Origin: a virus
Taxonomy: Duplodnaviria > Caudoviricetes
IMG/VR virus record: IMGVR_UViG_3300025723_001431
Coordinates: 1-40,435 of that record
Direction: 5' to 3' (one strand)
DNA: 40,435 nt
Shown: positions 24,974-34,746 of the stretch, piece by piece
Position numbering within the stretch: position 1 is the first letter of the stretch
How the letters are laid out: the number at the start of each line of letters is the position of its first letter
Program-made: the position numbers and the translations under genes
Notes under the pieces: model-generated
What the model saw: the letters and a program-made list of their open reading frames with translations, nothing else
Told to the model about the DNA's origin: nothing
Database searches by the model: none

Positions 24974-26148
24974 ACTTGTTTTTTAATTTTCTTTGGTTTT
25001 AATGTACCTTCTGTACCAACCAATTTAATTGAACTGGCCATTGCTTGTGAATTAAATTTTGCACTCACATTTAATAAATGGTGTCCAAGTGTATCATTTT
25101 CATTATCATGAGCATAAACACCAAAACCATTTTCTCCTGCTGGTTCAAAAGTAAAATGATGAGCTTTCTTTAATAAATCAACGTGTGAAGAACCTTCATC
25201 AGATTCGTGTGAATGTGCTCCATATCCAGTTTTTTTCGTACCATAACCAGAAGTTATTATGTATGGCACTCTTTCGTCTTTGTTTTTCTCACTTGCTCTA
25301 AAATGGTGTTGTAATAAATGTTGGCGAATTTTTTCTTGGTTTTCTTTATTGTTTGGATCGGAAGCCATATTCTTCAATTCGTTCATGTAAGAATCACGAA
25401 CACCAGATAATACTTTTCCACCTTCTATTTTAGCATCGTTTAAATGAGATTCATTTCCTTTTCTACGAAGCCATTCTTTTCTTCCACCTTCACCTTTTTC
25501 ACTACTTAAAGGTAAATGTCCTATTCCCTTTTTCTCGGCAAATTCGGTCAATTTATCATAAGCTTCATCGTGCCATTTTTTACCAAACCCTTCGGAAGTT
25601 TCTTGTAATCCTCGATTCGAAATTCTTTCGGTACCTTTTCCTTCGGTACTTTCTTTATTTGATTTTGCTGAAATTCCAGGAAATATTGTTCCAAATTTTT
25701 TATGTGGAACTTTAAGCATAACATCTGGTGGATGATCTTCACTTCTGATATCTAATCCAGTAATTCTTTTAATAGCTCCTTTTCCTGAACTAATATGAAC
25801 ACTCTTTGCTTTTGTTAAATCAATACCTTTTCTTTTATATTGATTTATGGATCCTTGAGCCATCATTTTTGATCTTTGTTTTTGGTCCTCGTATTCTTCT
25901 GGATCAATTTTACTTTTTGACTCATCGTGCATTTTTTGATTAGCCGCCTTTTCTTCTTCAGTTTCACCTGGACGAGTATCTTTTAAACCAGCAGCTTTAG
26001 CCAATTCTGATCCCAACAAATATTCATTGACATTTGCACGGTGTGTAGCTAATTTGTTTGCGTCACCCAAACTTCTTTTTACTATATCATCTACAGATTT
26101 TTTAATTTTAGGCGACATTTTTTCGAACAATAAAGAAAAACCAATCAT
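24970..26148 (-). CDS. Hypothetical protein, possible PD-(D/E)xK nuclease fold
   Basis: NVNEYLL, HPPDVMLK, GISAKS. Confidence 0.55.
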   Translation of the reverse strand: MIGFSLLFEKMSPKIKKSVDDIVKRSLGDANKLATHRANVNEYLLGSELAKAAGLKDTRPGETEEEKAANQKMHDESKSKIDPEEYEDQKQRSKMMAQGSINQYKRKGIDLTKAKSVHISSGKGAIKRITGLDIRSEDHPPDVMLKVPHKKFGTIFPGISAKSNKESTEGKGTERISNRGLQETSEGFGKKWHDEAYDKLTEFAEKKGIGHLPLSSEKGEGGRKEWLRRKGNESHLNDAKIEGGKVLSGVRDSYMNELKNMASDPNNKENQEKIRQHLLQHHFRASEKNKDERVPYIITSGYGTKKTGYGAHSHESDEGSSHVDLLKKAHHFTFEPAGENGFGVYAHDNENDTLGHHLLNVSAKFNSQAMASSIKLVGTEGTLKPKKIKKQV

Positions 26149-26351
26149 TTTATGTTATAACCTTTTTTTCTTAAAATTCTTATAGCTGAAGATTCATTAC
26201 TCGCTGTTATACCACCAACATATTTACCATTTGAATATAATCCATAATGTCCCTTTTCTTCTTCTTTACGAATATGTAGTGTGTGGCCAGTTAACTGGTG
26301 TGAAGCAATTGCACCATGTAATGGTTTAGAATATTCTTTAAATGATTTCAT
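26145..26351 (-). CDS. Small basic putative internal virion protein (68 aa)
   Basis: MKSFKEYS start; ATGA overlaps on both sides. Confidence 0.7.
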   Translation of the reverse strand: MKSFKEYSKPLHGAIASHQLTGHTLHIRKEEEKGHYGLYSNGKYVGGITASNESSAIRILRKKGYNIK

Positions 26352-27607
26352 TGTGTATCGTTTTCGTAATCTACTTTAATTGTTTTTTTCTTTGTTTCTT
26401 TAGTTTTAGGTTTTTCTTCTGGTGAAGGTTTTCTAACTTTTAACAAGTTGGCTTTAGCAAATTCTTTACGATTAACCAGTTTGGTTGGTTCTCCTGCATG
26501 ATTGACAACAAATCCTTCGGGACCTGTTGGTTTATTATCTATATGATGTTCCAAACCACCAGTATGTTGTTCCAATGTACCCACTAGAACATTTTTTGCT
26601 TGTTGTAAATGGTGATGCATTTTTAATATAGCTTCATAAGATTTTTTATGTTTTTCAATATGATTTAAATGCGTTTTCAATTCAGTATCTCTACGAGATT
26701 GAGCAATTGGAGTTTTTAATGGTTTCGATTTATTTAATTTAGCATATACATTTTGAATGTGTTTCTTTAATCCATCAGCCGAAGGAACTTCATCTGTTCT
26801 AACTGTGTGGTTTATGTATGTAGCTAGGTGGCCAGTTTCACCAGCGTGTGGTGCAACGTCCGCATACATTTTATTTTTGTGTGCTTGATGAATTCTATCT
26901 GCAGCATCCAATTCATTGTTGAATTTTTCTTGATCCGCTTCAGAATAATGGACTTGTTTTGTATCCATATTTGGAGACTTTTGCCATACATCTGGATGCG
27001 TACCAAAATTATGTAAATCCGGATGTGGATCTGCACTCATGGAAGATATATCTTTGCCGTGATATTGTGTATGTGTTACTACGCCAATTTTAGATTTTTT
27101 AATCTTATCTGCTTCCTCACCGCTAGCAGTATAGGTAATAGTATTTGGTGTGAACGATACTTTGCCACCCTTCTTTTGCTCAATATCACCAGAGTGCATG
27201 ATATCTCCTTGGTATACACCAGTTTTGGGGGATACCTTTTTAAGGTGATCTAGTGCTGCGTGGAGTTTTTCGGTGAGACCTGGTGCGTGTCCATGGTTCT
27301 TCTCAATATCTGCATGAGTATAGTTTATCTTTGGTTTAACATTGAAAGCAGACTTTGTTGCCACAAAAAACTTACCATTTTCTGGATGGCGGCCAAACAC
27401 TATTGATGGACTACCATCGTATTTCATGGTTAATGCGGAACTATTACCACCAGATTTAATGTGGTGATGAGCTTGTCTTAATGCAGCCACGGCATGATTG
27501 AAACCTTTAGTTCCATGAAATAATGGTCTATCCTCAGCATGGTGAATATGCTTAAGTTTTGCGCCTTCTTCGGCTTCTTCTTTGAGAAAGGTTTTAAACG
27601 ACTGCAT
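26348..27607 (-). CDS. ATP-dependent ligase/nucleotidyltransferase-like protein (KxDG), conserved in T4-like phages
   Basis: TMKYDGSPS (I), FFVATKS (Ia), YQGDIM (III), EGFVV (IV), KLVNR (V); MQSFKTFLKEE start. Confidence 0.75.
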   Translation of the reverse strand: MQSFKTFLKEEAEEGAKLKHIHHAEDRPLFHGTKGFNHAVAALRQAHHHIKSGGNSSALTMKYDGSPSIVFGRHPENGKFFVATKSAFNVKPKINYTHADIEKNHGHAPGLTEKLHAALDHLKKVSPKTGVYQGDIMHSGDIEQKKGGKVSFTPNTITYTASGEEADKIKKSKIGVVTHTQYHGKDISSMSADPHPDLHNFGTHPDVWQKSPNMDTKQVHYSEADQEKFNNELDAADRIHQAHKNKMYADVAPHAGETGHLATYINHTVRTDEVPSADGLKKHIQNVYAKLNKSKPLKTPIAQSRRDTELKTHLNHIEKHKKSYEAILKMHHHLQQAKNVLVGTLEQHTGGLEHHIDNKPTGPEGFVVNHAGEPTKLVNRKEFAKANLLKVRKPSPEEKPKTKETKKKTIKVDYENDTQ

Positions 27608-27656
27608 TAGTTAGGATCTTTCTAGATGTGCAACACACTTTGGTTGCCGGTTTACT

Positions 27657-27664
27657 TATTTATA
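27657..27664 (-). promoter_or_regulatory. T4-type late promoter TATAAATA
   Basis: Exact gp55 consensus, intergenic, about 50 nt upstream of the ATG at 27607. Confidence 0.8.
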
Positions 27665-27720
27665 CAACATTTAACCTAACCTTCTTAAACCGTAGAAAGG
27701 TTCGATTAGATACATAGTAA

Positions 27721-28959
27721 CTAAATTGTTGGGTTTTTAGTCACTTCAACCTTTGGAAAATACTTAACATAGTAATCTTTATCAGAATTTCTACGATTTT
27801 TAATATTTGAACTGATTTCCTTATAAAAATTCCAAGCCAAAGGTATAAAAACAACAGGAGATTCTTTTGAAATCCGGTCCAATTCCGATATATCTTTGAT
27901 TGGAATATTTGTTCCTGGTGTATATAGTCCTTGTTTTAACTTGTTATCATCAATGATGAAATCTAAAGAAATGTCACCAAAGTTTAAAAGTGTGTTTCCT
28001 TTGGCTGCAGCACCATAACCAACAAGGTGATACTTCTTTTCTCGAAAATCATTAATAACAGTTTTCAATTCGGATACGATATCTTCGGCTTTATTTCCAT
28101 ATTTCAGATAAGTTACATAGGTATACAAACCTTGTTCTTCTTCTAATTTTAACCGATTAACAATACCAGGTGGTATGCTAGTAGCCATGGTATGATTTTT
28201 AGAGAAAACAAACACATAACTGGTACCATGGATGTCTGTCTTAAATACATCGATTAATTTTAAACCAACTCTTTCGGATAAACGTTTCATTGAATTACAG
28301 TTAAAGAATGAAATGTGTTCATGATAGATAGTGTCAAATTCATTATTAACTATCATATTCGCTTGGGAGGTCTGTATGAAGATTAATCCATTATCTGATA
28401 TATCTTCTTTACAATTTAATAAGAAATCATATGGATCTGAATTATGAGCAAAAACATTTTGAGCCAAAATCAAATCAAATTTATTATCAAACAAACCTTT
28501 TTTATAATAATCACAGACAACAGTATGATTCTTTGAGCTCAACTCAAATAGGTTTTTAGCTGGGTCGATTCCATAAGTTTTCAAATTCAAATCTTTGAAA
28601 TGGTTTAATTGTGTACCATCATTACAGGCAATATCTAGAATGTTTGTTGGTTTTTCATTATTTAAATTTTGGTAATAATCACAAATATCTCCAGCAAAAA
28701 CTTTACTATAATCATTTAATGTTTTTGATGTGCCCGAAACATAAAGATAATTCTTAAACAATAAATCAGGATTAACAGCAATAGATAATTGTGTATGGAA
28801 ACATTCATTACATAAATTTAATTGTAATGGATATTTTTCTTCGTAATTATTAATATTAGTTTTGTATGAATTAGCCAATGGTTGGTCATTTAAATCCAAT
28901 ATCAGTTCTAAATTTTTAGAACCACAACATAAACATTCATTTAACTTTTTGTAATCCAT
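27721..28959 (-). CDS. NDP-sugar C-methyltransferase (Zn-binding + SAM + C-terminal domains)
   Basis: CLCCGS..QPLAN..CNECF, LDIACNDG, FDTIYHEH, HGTS, GYGAAAKGNTLLN, LAWNF; ORF track start 28977. Confidence 0.9.
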   Translation of the reverse strand: MDYKKLNECLCCGSKNLELILDLNDQPLANSYKTNINNYEEKYPLQLNLCNECFHTQLSIAVNPDLLFKNYLYVSGTSKTLNDYSKVFAGDICDYYQNLNNEKPTNILDIACNDGTQLNHFKDLNLKTYGIDPAKNLFELSSKNHTVVCDYYKKGLFDNKFDLILAQNVFAHNSDPYDFLLNCKEDISDNGLIFIQTSQANMIVNNEFDTIYHEHISFFNCNSMKRLSERVGLKLIDVFKTDIHGTSYVFVFSKNHTMATSIPPGIVNRLKLEEEQGLYTYVTYLKYGNKAEDIVSELKTVINDFREKKYHLVGYGAAAKGNTLLNFGDISLDFIIDDNKLKQGLYTPGTNIPIKDISELDRISKESPVVFIPLAWNFYKEISSNIKNRRNSDKDYYVKYFPKVEVTKNPTI

Positions 28960-28960
28960 A

Positions 28961-29848
28961 TCAACCCTGATAATCAAAATATGTGTTTCTTTTTACTTTT
29001 ACGACACTATCATCCTGTATACACAGGTTTACTTCATTTGTTATAGATTCAATTGTTTCATTAAAAGAAAAGTGATAAGTTTTTTCAAATTTAGAACAAT
29101 CAACAATAAAATTATAGGTATCCGTACTGCCATTATCAATCACTGGAATATTTAAAATACCACCTACTGTGTTAGCAATTTCACCCACAGTTGAATTAAA
29201 TGAAGCAAGATTATATATTCCCGAAATAAAATCACTCATAATAATTCTATGTAATGCTCGACTTAAATCTTTCAATGCCAATATAGGACGTTTCACATCC
29301 TTATTGGTTACATTGATAATTCCATTAGTGAGTGCTGAATAGGTCATAGCGTTAATCATAACATCGGTTCTAAGTACTGGAGATTCACCATTGACCGTAC
29401 CAAACCTAAGTCCGATCACATTCTTACCTTGGCGAATCATACTTTCAGCCAACATATCTAAAGATATTTTGGTCAAATCATAATAATTGACAAATGAATA
29501 ATTCATCATATCTTCGGTAAAACTAGTTTCGATTTCAGTATCTACACTATACACGGAAGATGAACTAGCATAAATTAATTTTTGGCTATCATTCAACTTA
29601 CTGGTTAAATTTTTAAAGTTTCTAACATTATTATCCCAAACCCCTTTTAGTGGACCATCACAAGACAGTACACTAGAATGTCCCGCTAAAAGAATGATAT
29701 GAGTATATTTACTTAGAAATTCTTTAGATAGTAAATTATAATCTTGTTTTTTACTTCCATAAACATCAACATTAAAATAGGTAGACAATAATAGTTTCAG
29801 TTCGGAACCAATATAACCGTGGCCACCAATAATTAATACGTTAATCAT
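28961..29848 (-). CDS. NAD-dependent epimerase/dehydratase/reductase (extended SDR)
   Basis: GGHGYIG, YASSSSVY, YDLTK, LRFGTV. Confidence 0.88.
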   Translation of the reverse strand: MINVLIIGGHGYIGSELKLLLSTYFNVDVYGSKKQDYNLLSKEFLSKYTHIILLAGHSSVLSCDGPLKGVWDNNVRNFKNLTSKLNDSQKLIYASSSSVYSVDTEIETSFTEDMMNYSFVNYYDLTKISLDMLAESMIRQGKNVIGLRFGTVNGESPVLRTDVMINAMTYSALTNGIINVTNKDVKRPILALKDLSRALHRIIMSDFISGIYNLASFNSTVGEIANTVGGILNIPVIDNGSTDTYNFIVDCSKFEKTYHFSFNETIESITNEVNLCIQDDSVVKVKRNTYFDYQG

Positions 29849-29850
29849 TA

Positions 29851-30711
29851 TTATCCTAATTCTAAAATTTTACGAGTATGGAAAGTTTGTGCACAAATTC
29901 CTTCTGTATCTGGTAATATAAATTGACTATACTTCTCCTTATTCTCTAAAAGATACTTTGGAAAATATGAATCAAAAGATACAGACTTGAATGAATTGAT
30001 ATTTCTATCCAAACAATCTTCACCTTTGGCTATATGTTTATCTATATCTATATTATCTATAACTCTTGGAACATTTAATTCTGAATGTGAGAAGTTTGAA
30101 ATTTTGCTTTTAATCCAAGCTTCATCACCTAGATAACTAAAATGCCATCCTGCATGGTGAACATTTACCGATCTATCTCCAGGTATAGGTCCAAAATATG
30201 CTATTGGAGATAAATTGCCTTGGCATCTATTTCCTTTAAACGCTTTACCCCATGCAAAGTAATGTGAATGGTGTGCATGTTCTACATTTGTATCCATGTA
30301 GTTGAATTTAAAAAAGAACGCAGGAAAAAGTAAATTATAGAATGAATAATCCGTAGTTTTCATTAACGCAATTACTTCTGGTCTAGGAATCTCATCCACA
30401 CAACGACACATCAAAACAATATCATCAGGTTGTACATCTGTAAGTCCCAACCTTAACTGTTCAAATTGCCAATGTTCATTATCCCAAAAGTTTGCATGTT
30501 TTGGACTTTGAACTTTAATATATTCAATTTTATCCAACCATTTTGCATATCGATCTTTGTGAATCTCAAAGTTATAACCTTTATATACATTCGAAAATGT
30601 ATGATCACTTTCAACAATAACAAATTTATCCACATAGTCATATAAGATTGATAGTCTAATTTCCAACATATCATAATCGTTGCAAAAGATAAAATTATCT
30701 ATAACTTTCAT
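29851..30711 (-). CDS. Glycosyltransferase family 17-like
   Basis: DMLEIRL..LYDYVDKFVIVESDHTFS, VDEIPRPE, AGWHFSYLG, FSHSE. Confidence 0.85.
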   Translation of the reverse strand: MKVIDNFIFCNDYDMLEIRLSILYDYVDKFVIVESDHTFSNVYKGYNFEIHKDRYAKWLDKIEYIKVQSPKHANFWDNEHWQFEQLRLGLTDVQPDDIVLMCRCVDEIPRPEVIALMKTTDYSFYNLLFPAFFFKFNYMDTNVEHAHHSHYFAWGKAFKGNRCQGNLSPIAYFGPIPGDRSVNVHHAGWHFSYLGDEAWIKSKISNFSHSELNVPRVIDNIDIDKHIAKGEDCLDRNINSFKSVSFDSYFPKYLLENKEKYSQFILPDTEGICAQTFHTRKILELG

Positions 30712-31523
30712 TAGACAAGTCCCCTCAAAATACTATACATATCATACGTTGGAACATAACCTAACGATTTCAATTTTGATACATCCAAAACCATATTTTT
30801 AGTTTGTACCTTTTTATGAAATTCTGCGGCTTCGATAGTATTGAAGTTGGAGGTCGAATTCAATATTTGTTTTACATATTCCAATGATTGTTTGAGATAA
30901 ATCTTTTCGCCATTGGCTACATTGAATATTTGATTAACTTCACCGGAACCAATTATTAAATTAATTGCAGAAGCCACATCATCTACATGAATATAATCTC
31001 GATATAAATCACCACCATCATATAAATTAATATCTCGATTTTCTTTGATTTCATTAATCATATACTGTAAGGCATTCTTTTTCTTTGATACTTTCATATC
31101 ACTTATACCCAATACATTACCCAATCTTAGAATACGATATTTCAAACCAAACGTTTCACAATATGAAATTAATAATTGTTCGGCTGTTCGTTTCGTGATT
31201 GAATAGAATCCTTTTGGGTCGCAATGAGCAGTTTCTTTTGCTGGTAGTGGAACATCACCATAAACGAACCAGGAACTAATGAAGTTAAAGGTTACGTCTT
31301 TACCTTTACAAGACTCTAATGTTTCAATGAGAGTTGATAGGTTGGTTTCTATGTCAAGGTAAGGATCGGTGTGAACATTGTAATTGTCAATCGTTGAAAT
31401 GAAATAAACAACTTCATTACTTTTTACTTCATAATCATTTCGATCATTGACAATTACATTAGGTGTTAATTCGGCATAACGGCCTCCAACAAAGCCTTTA
31501 CCTAATACACTTATTCGTTCCAT
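30711..31523 (-). CDS. NAD-dependent epimerase/reductase (extended SDR)
   Basis: GKGFVG, ISSWFVYG, YSITK, LRLGNV, RDYIHVDD. Confidence 0.88.
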   Translation of the reverse strand: MERISVLGKGFVGGRYAELTPNVIVNDRNDYEVKSNEVVYFISTIDNYNVHTDPYLDIETNLSTLIETLESCKGKDVTFNFISSWFVYGDVPLPAKETAHCDPKGFYSITKRTAEQLLISYCETFGLKYRILRLGNVLGISDMKVSKKKNALQYMINEIKENRDINLYDGGDLYRDYIHVDDVASAINLIIGSGEVNQIFNVANGEKIYLKQSLEYVKQILNSTSNFNTIEAAEFHKKVQTKNMVLDVSKLKSLGYVPTYDMYSILRGLV

Positions 31524-32797
31524 TTTTTACATACCTTTTCAATATAGGATAAGATTTTATCATTCCACAAAGGCGAGCAACCAATAAAGAATACATTACT
31601 TAGTGCCAAGTTGCCATTTGGATATTGTTTAAAATCATCTAGATGTTTATAACCAGGGTGTAGTAGAATGTTTCCAGCAAAATAGTTTCTTGTTTGGATC
31701 TTGTTTGATTCAAAATGTGAAACCAACAATTCTTTCATATCTTGTGATTCACAGAAGATGGGAACACCAAACCAAGAAGGATCAGAATAATTAGAAGCTT
31801 TGATTACACGAGCGCCTTGAATATTATCTTCAATAAACTTCTCAAGTTTTAATTTATATTCTCTGCGCTTTCCTTCCAACATATCAAATTTCAATAATTG
31901 TTCGATACCGATAGCACCTTGTAAATCTAAAGGTTTCAAGTTATAACCAATATTAGTAAAAACATATTTGTGATCAATGACACCATCATAGTCATTCAAC
32001 CAGTTATCAAATCGTTTACCACAAGTACCACACTCCAATAGATTATTAGAACCGACACAATAACAATCACGACCCCACCAAGAAATGCTTCGGGCTTCTT
32101 TAATGAAATTTTCATCATTAGAACATACCATGCCGCCTTCACCCGTTGAAATATGGTGTGCGGGATAAAAAGATGTAGTCCAAGCATAATACAAGTCAGT
32201 AATTAATTTGCCGTTCCAGTTTGTTCCCAATGAATCACAATTATCACCCAATAAAATGATATTATGTTTCTTACAGATTTCAACAAGTCGGTCCATGTCA
32301 GGAGGATTACCTAAGACTGGAGATACAAAGATTGCTTTAGTTTTTGGTGTAATCTTACCTTCGATTAGATCAACATCAAAATTTAAAGTATTTAATTCGA
32401 TATCAATAAAGACTGGCTTCATGCCATTCTGAACAATAGGTGCAATTGTTGTTGGAAAACCAACAGGAGATACAATAATCTCATCATCATTTTGCCAATT
32501 GAACTTCTTCTTCATTGCAGTAATCAACACCAAGTTGGCAGAACTGCCAGAGTTTACCATATGTGAATACTTAACATTAAATCGTTTACTGAATTTGTTT
32601 TGAAATTGTGCTACTTTTTCACCAGAAACAATCCACTTACCATTAAGTAGAGTATCGATAGCTGCATAAATTTCTTTGTCGTCCCAGTATTGGCCCGAAT
32701 ATTGAACAAATTCACCATCAACATAATTGTCATAGTTTTTTACATATGCGGGTTGTACTTTTTGTGATAGTGCTTCAATCATTTGATGAATAATCAT
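31511..32797 (-). CDS. rfbH: NDP-4-keto-6-deoxyglucose 3-dehydrase (E1; RfbH/DdhC type)
   Basis: VNSGSSANL, FPTT, DNCDSLG, SFYPAHHISTGEGG (His at the usual Lys), GRDCYC..CGTC Fe-S ligands, DHKYVF..GYNLK. Confidence 0.9.
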   Translation of the reverse strand: MIIHQMIEALSQKVQPAYVKNYDNYVDGEFVQYSGQYWDDKEIYAAIDTLLNGKWIVSGEKVAQFQNKFSKRFNVKYSHMVNSGSSANLVLITAMKKKFNWQNDDEIIVSPVGFPTTIAPIVQNGMKPVFIDIELNTLNFDVDLIEGKITPKTKAIFVSPVLGNPPDMDRLVEICKKHNIILLGDNCDSLGTNWNGKLITDLYYAWTTSFYPAHHISTGEGGMVCSNDENFIKEARSISWWGRDCYCVGSNNLLECGTCGKRFDNWLNDYDGVIDHKYVFTNIGYNLKPLDLQGAIGIEQLLKFDMLEGKRREYKLKLEKFIEDNIQGARVIKASNYSDPSWFGVPIFCESQDMKELLVSHFESNKIQTRNYFAGNILLHPGYKHLDDFKQYPNGNLALSNVFFIGCSPLWNDKILSYIEKVCKKWNE

Positions 32798-32827
32798 TTC
32801 ATTCCTTTGTTAATTAATATTTTACTA

Positions 32828-33526
32828 TTATACGTTGTAATAATTTCTTATACCCATACGGCCGTGGAAACCTAAGCTTCGGCCCAACCAAGGGTTTTCT
32901 TTTCCTGTCCAAGGAGAAATAATGGAAGGATTTTCAACTGACCATCTGTCTGCAATTTCATATGGAGCAAATTTGAGGTTATCTTCTTTCTCAAAAATGT
33001 CTTTCCACAATCTACATATAATAACATCTTCGGGTATCTTAGGCAAGTCATTCTGTAAAGTATGGATGTTCGGCATATTAATATTACCATACGATTCAGT
33101 ATCATAGGGAATATCTCTGGCAATAAGTACGTCATACAACTTACGGGAACGTAAACAAAATCCTCCGTTACCCACAACACCATCATCCCAAGTAGCACCA
33201 ATATAATCATAATCTAAAAACGAATCAGTCCAAGCATCAGCATTAACTGCATATCCATCAGAATGTATAATCAGATTAAAATCTTCAGTACAAAGGTGTG
33301 GACACAATTTTAAGGTGATGAATGAATATTGTTTTTGCCAGTCGGTAAATTTAGGTATCTTAACCCAAACAACCGGATAGATACAATTTCCAGGAAAAGG
33401 AATATCAGAAAACCAATAAACTTTTGTTATATCGACTTTATCTTTTAGTGTTTGAATAGTTCTATCGAGCGCATATATTGTTGGCTCATATGATAGTGCA
33501 TCAATGCAAGTAATACTTAATGACAT
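32828..33526 (-). CDS. GT-A-like protein (DUF5672-like)
   Basis: IIHSDGY, FLDYDYIGATW, VGNGGFCLRSRKL, PEDV.IC, GFHG. Confidence 0.78.
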   Translation of the reverse strand: MSLSITCIDALSYEPTIYALDRTIQTLKDKVDITKVYWFSDIPFPGNCIYPVVWVKIPKFTDWQKQYSFITLKLCPHLCTEDFNLIIHSDGYAVNADAWTDSFLDYDYIGATWDDGVVGNGGFCLRSRKLYDVLIARDIPYDTESYGNINMPNIHTLQNDLPKIPEDVIICRLWKDIFEKEDNLKFAPYEIADRWSVENPSIISPWTGKENPWLGRSLGFHGRMGIRNYYNV

Positions 33527-33533
33527 ATTTTTC

Positions 33534-34259
33534 CTAGTATTTGTCTTTATAACCGTGTATGATTTGTGGTTCTACGGAGGCGTCATTCAGGTGAAAACAA
33601 TGTTCATCACCAGGATACCAAGTATTATAGAAATATGGATTAACCGAATATTGTTTACCGCATAATAAGTATGAATAGGTAAAGAAACAATCCATCCAAC
33701 CAATTTGTTGATACATGTTATATTGGATAGAATCAAAATGAGTATTAACCCAATTGACCAATTTAGTATAATTATCAACAAATGTACTGACTTTGAAAAT
33801 TGTACCACCACAGGTTCCATATCCTGAAACGTTTGGTTTTACACCTGAAAAATCTTCTATGTGTTGTGTGAAGGCAGGAGCAAACGGACATATAGCGGTG
33901 TATGCAGCAACTTCCCAATTTGGATCTACTGTAATCTTACCTTTAACTAGAACATCATCCTCAACATACATCATATGTGTTGTATCGGTCTTAATAAATG
34001 CGACATACATCCGCTTCATCATTTCTAATATTTTATCTTTTCTGTAACCAAAATCACCAACAGGATAACCAAGTTTTAATTGTGAGTGTAATAGATCGAC
34101 ATTATTATTTTTACAAATATCATAATAGTCTGGACCAGAATCACAACTCAACAAATAATAACTATCCGGATGAAACTGCCGAATACATTTAATTGCATAG
34201 TCGGCCGCTTCTAATTTATTTGAAGTTTGGTGGTAAAAACCTAAAGTAGATTCACTCAC
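33534..34259 (-). CDS. Putative GT-A fold glycosyltransferase (GTG start)
   Basis: LLSCDSG, MYVEDDV, IIHGYK; GGAG SD before the GTG at 34259 (track start 34289). Confidence 0.7.
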   Translation of the reverse strand: MSESTLGFYHQTSNKLEAADYAIKCIRQFHPDSYYLLSCDSGPDYYDICKNNNVDLLHSQLKLGYPVGDFGYRKDKILEMMKRMYVAFIKTDTTHMMYVEDDVLVKGKITVDPNWEVAAYTAICPFAPAFTQHIEDFSGVKPNVSGYGTCGGTIFKVSTFVDNYTKLVNWVNTHFDSIQYNMYQQIGWMDCFFTYSYLLCGKQYSVNPYFYNTWYPGDEHCFHLNDASVEPQIIHGYKDKY

Positions 34260-34746
34260 TTCTCTCTCCAACAACCATGAATGAATCATTCAAATCACGA
34301 TCAGAAACAAATACGTTAATATAACCTCTTGATTCCATATAATCTTTGATAATTTGTGGAGTGAACACATGAAGGTGTTTTCTATTGTTCCACGGCCGCC
34401 AATATTCTTGGTTGTAATGTGGAAGATAAAGAAACAAAACTCCACCTGTTTTTAACTTTGATGTCCAATAATCAAGAGCTGAAATCCAATCAGGAAGATG
34501 TTCTAAACAATGACTAGAATAAATATAATTCACTTTAGTATCGGGTAGATTATATGCTTCCCATTCATCATCAAATAACAAATCAACAGCAGTAGCACCG
34601 GGATATGCCCAATCTAAACGATTGCAACCAATATCGTAACCAATACCTTTACAGAAATGTTTTGCAAATGGAATCGCAAACTGTGAAGCATTACCTTCTG
34701 ATTGAAAGAATGGATAGGTTTTGTTTTTATAGTTTAAAGTATTCAT
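34252..34746 (-). CDS. Class I SAM-dependent methyltransferase
   Basis: GYDIGCN, YIYSSHCLEHL, LKTGGVLFLYLPH. Confidence 0.88.
   Translation of the reverse strand: MNTLNYKNKTYPFFQSEGNASQFAIPFAKHFCKGIGYDIGCNRLDWAYPGATAVDLLFDDEWEAYNLPDTKVNYIYSSHCLEHLPDWISALDYWTSKLKTGGVLFLYLPHYNQEYWRPWNNRKHLHVFTPQIIKDYMESRGYINVFVSDRDLNDSFMVVGERSE

Noticed and set aside
5561-33820. Alternative-frame minus-strand ORFs nested in large genes (e.g. 5561-5824, 12358-13839 set, 14938-15327, 23461-23829, 32872-33210)
   Set aside because: No SD, lipobox or motif support, unlike the nested spanin; expected by-products of codon bias
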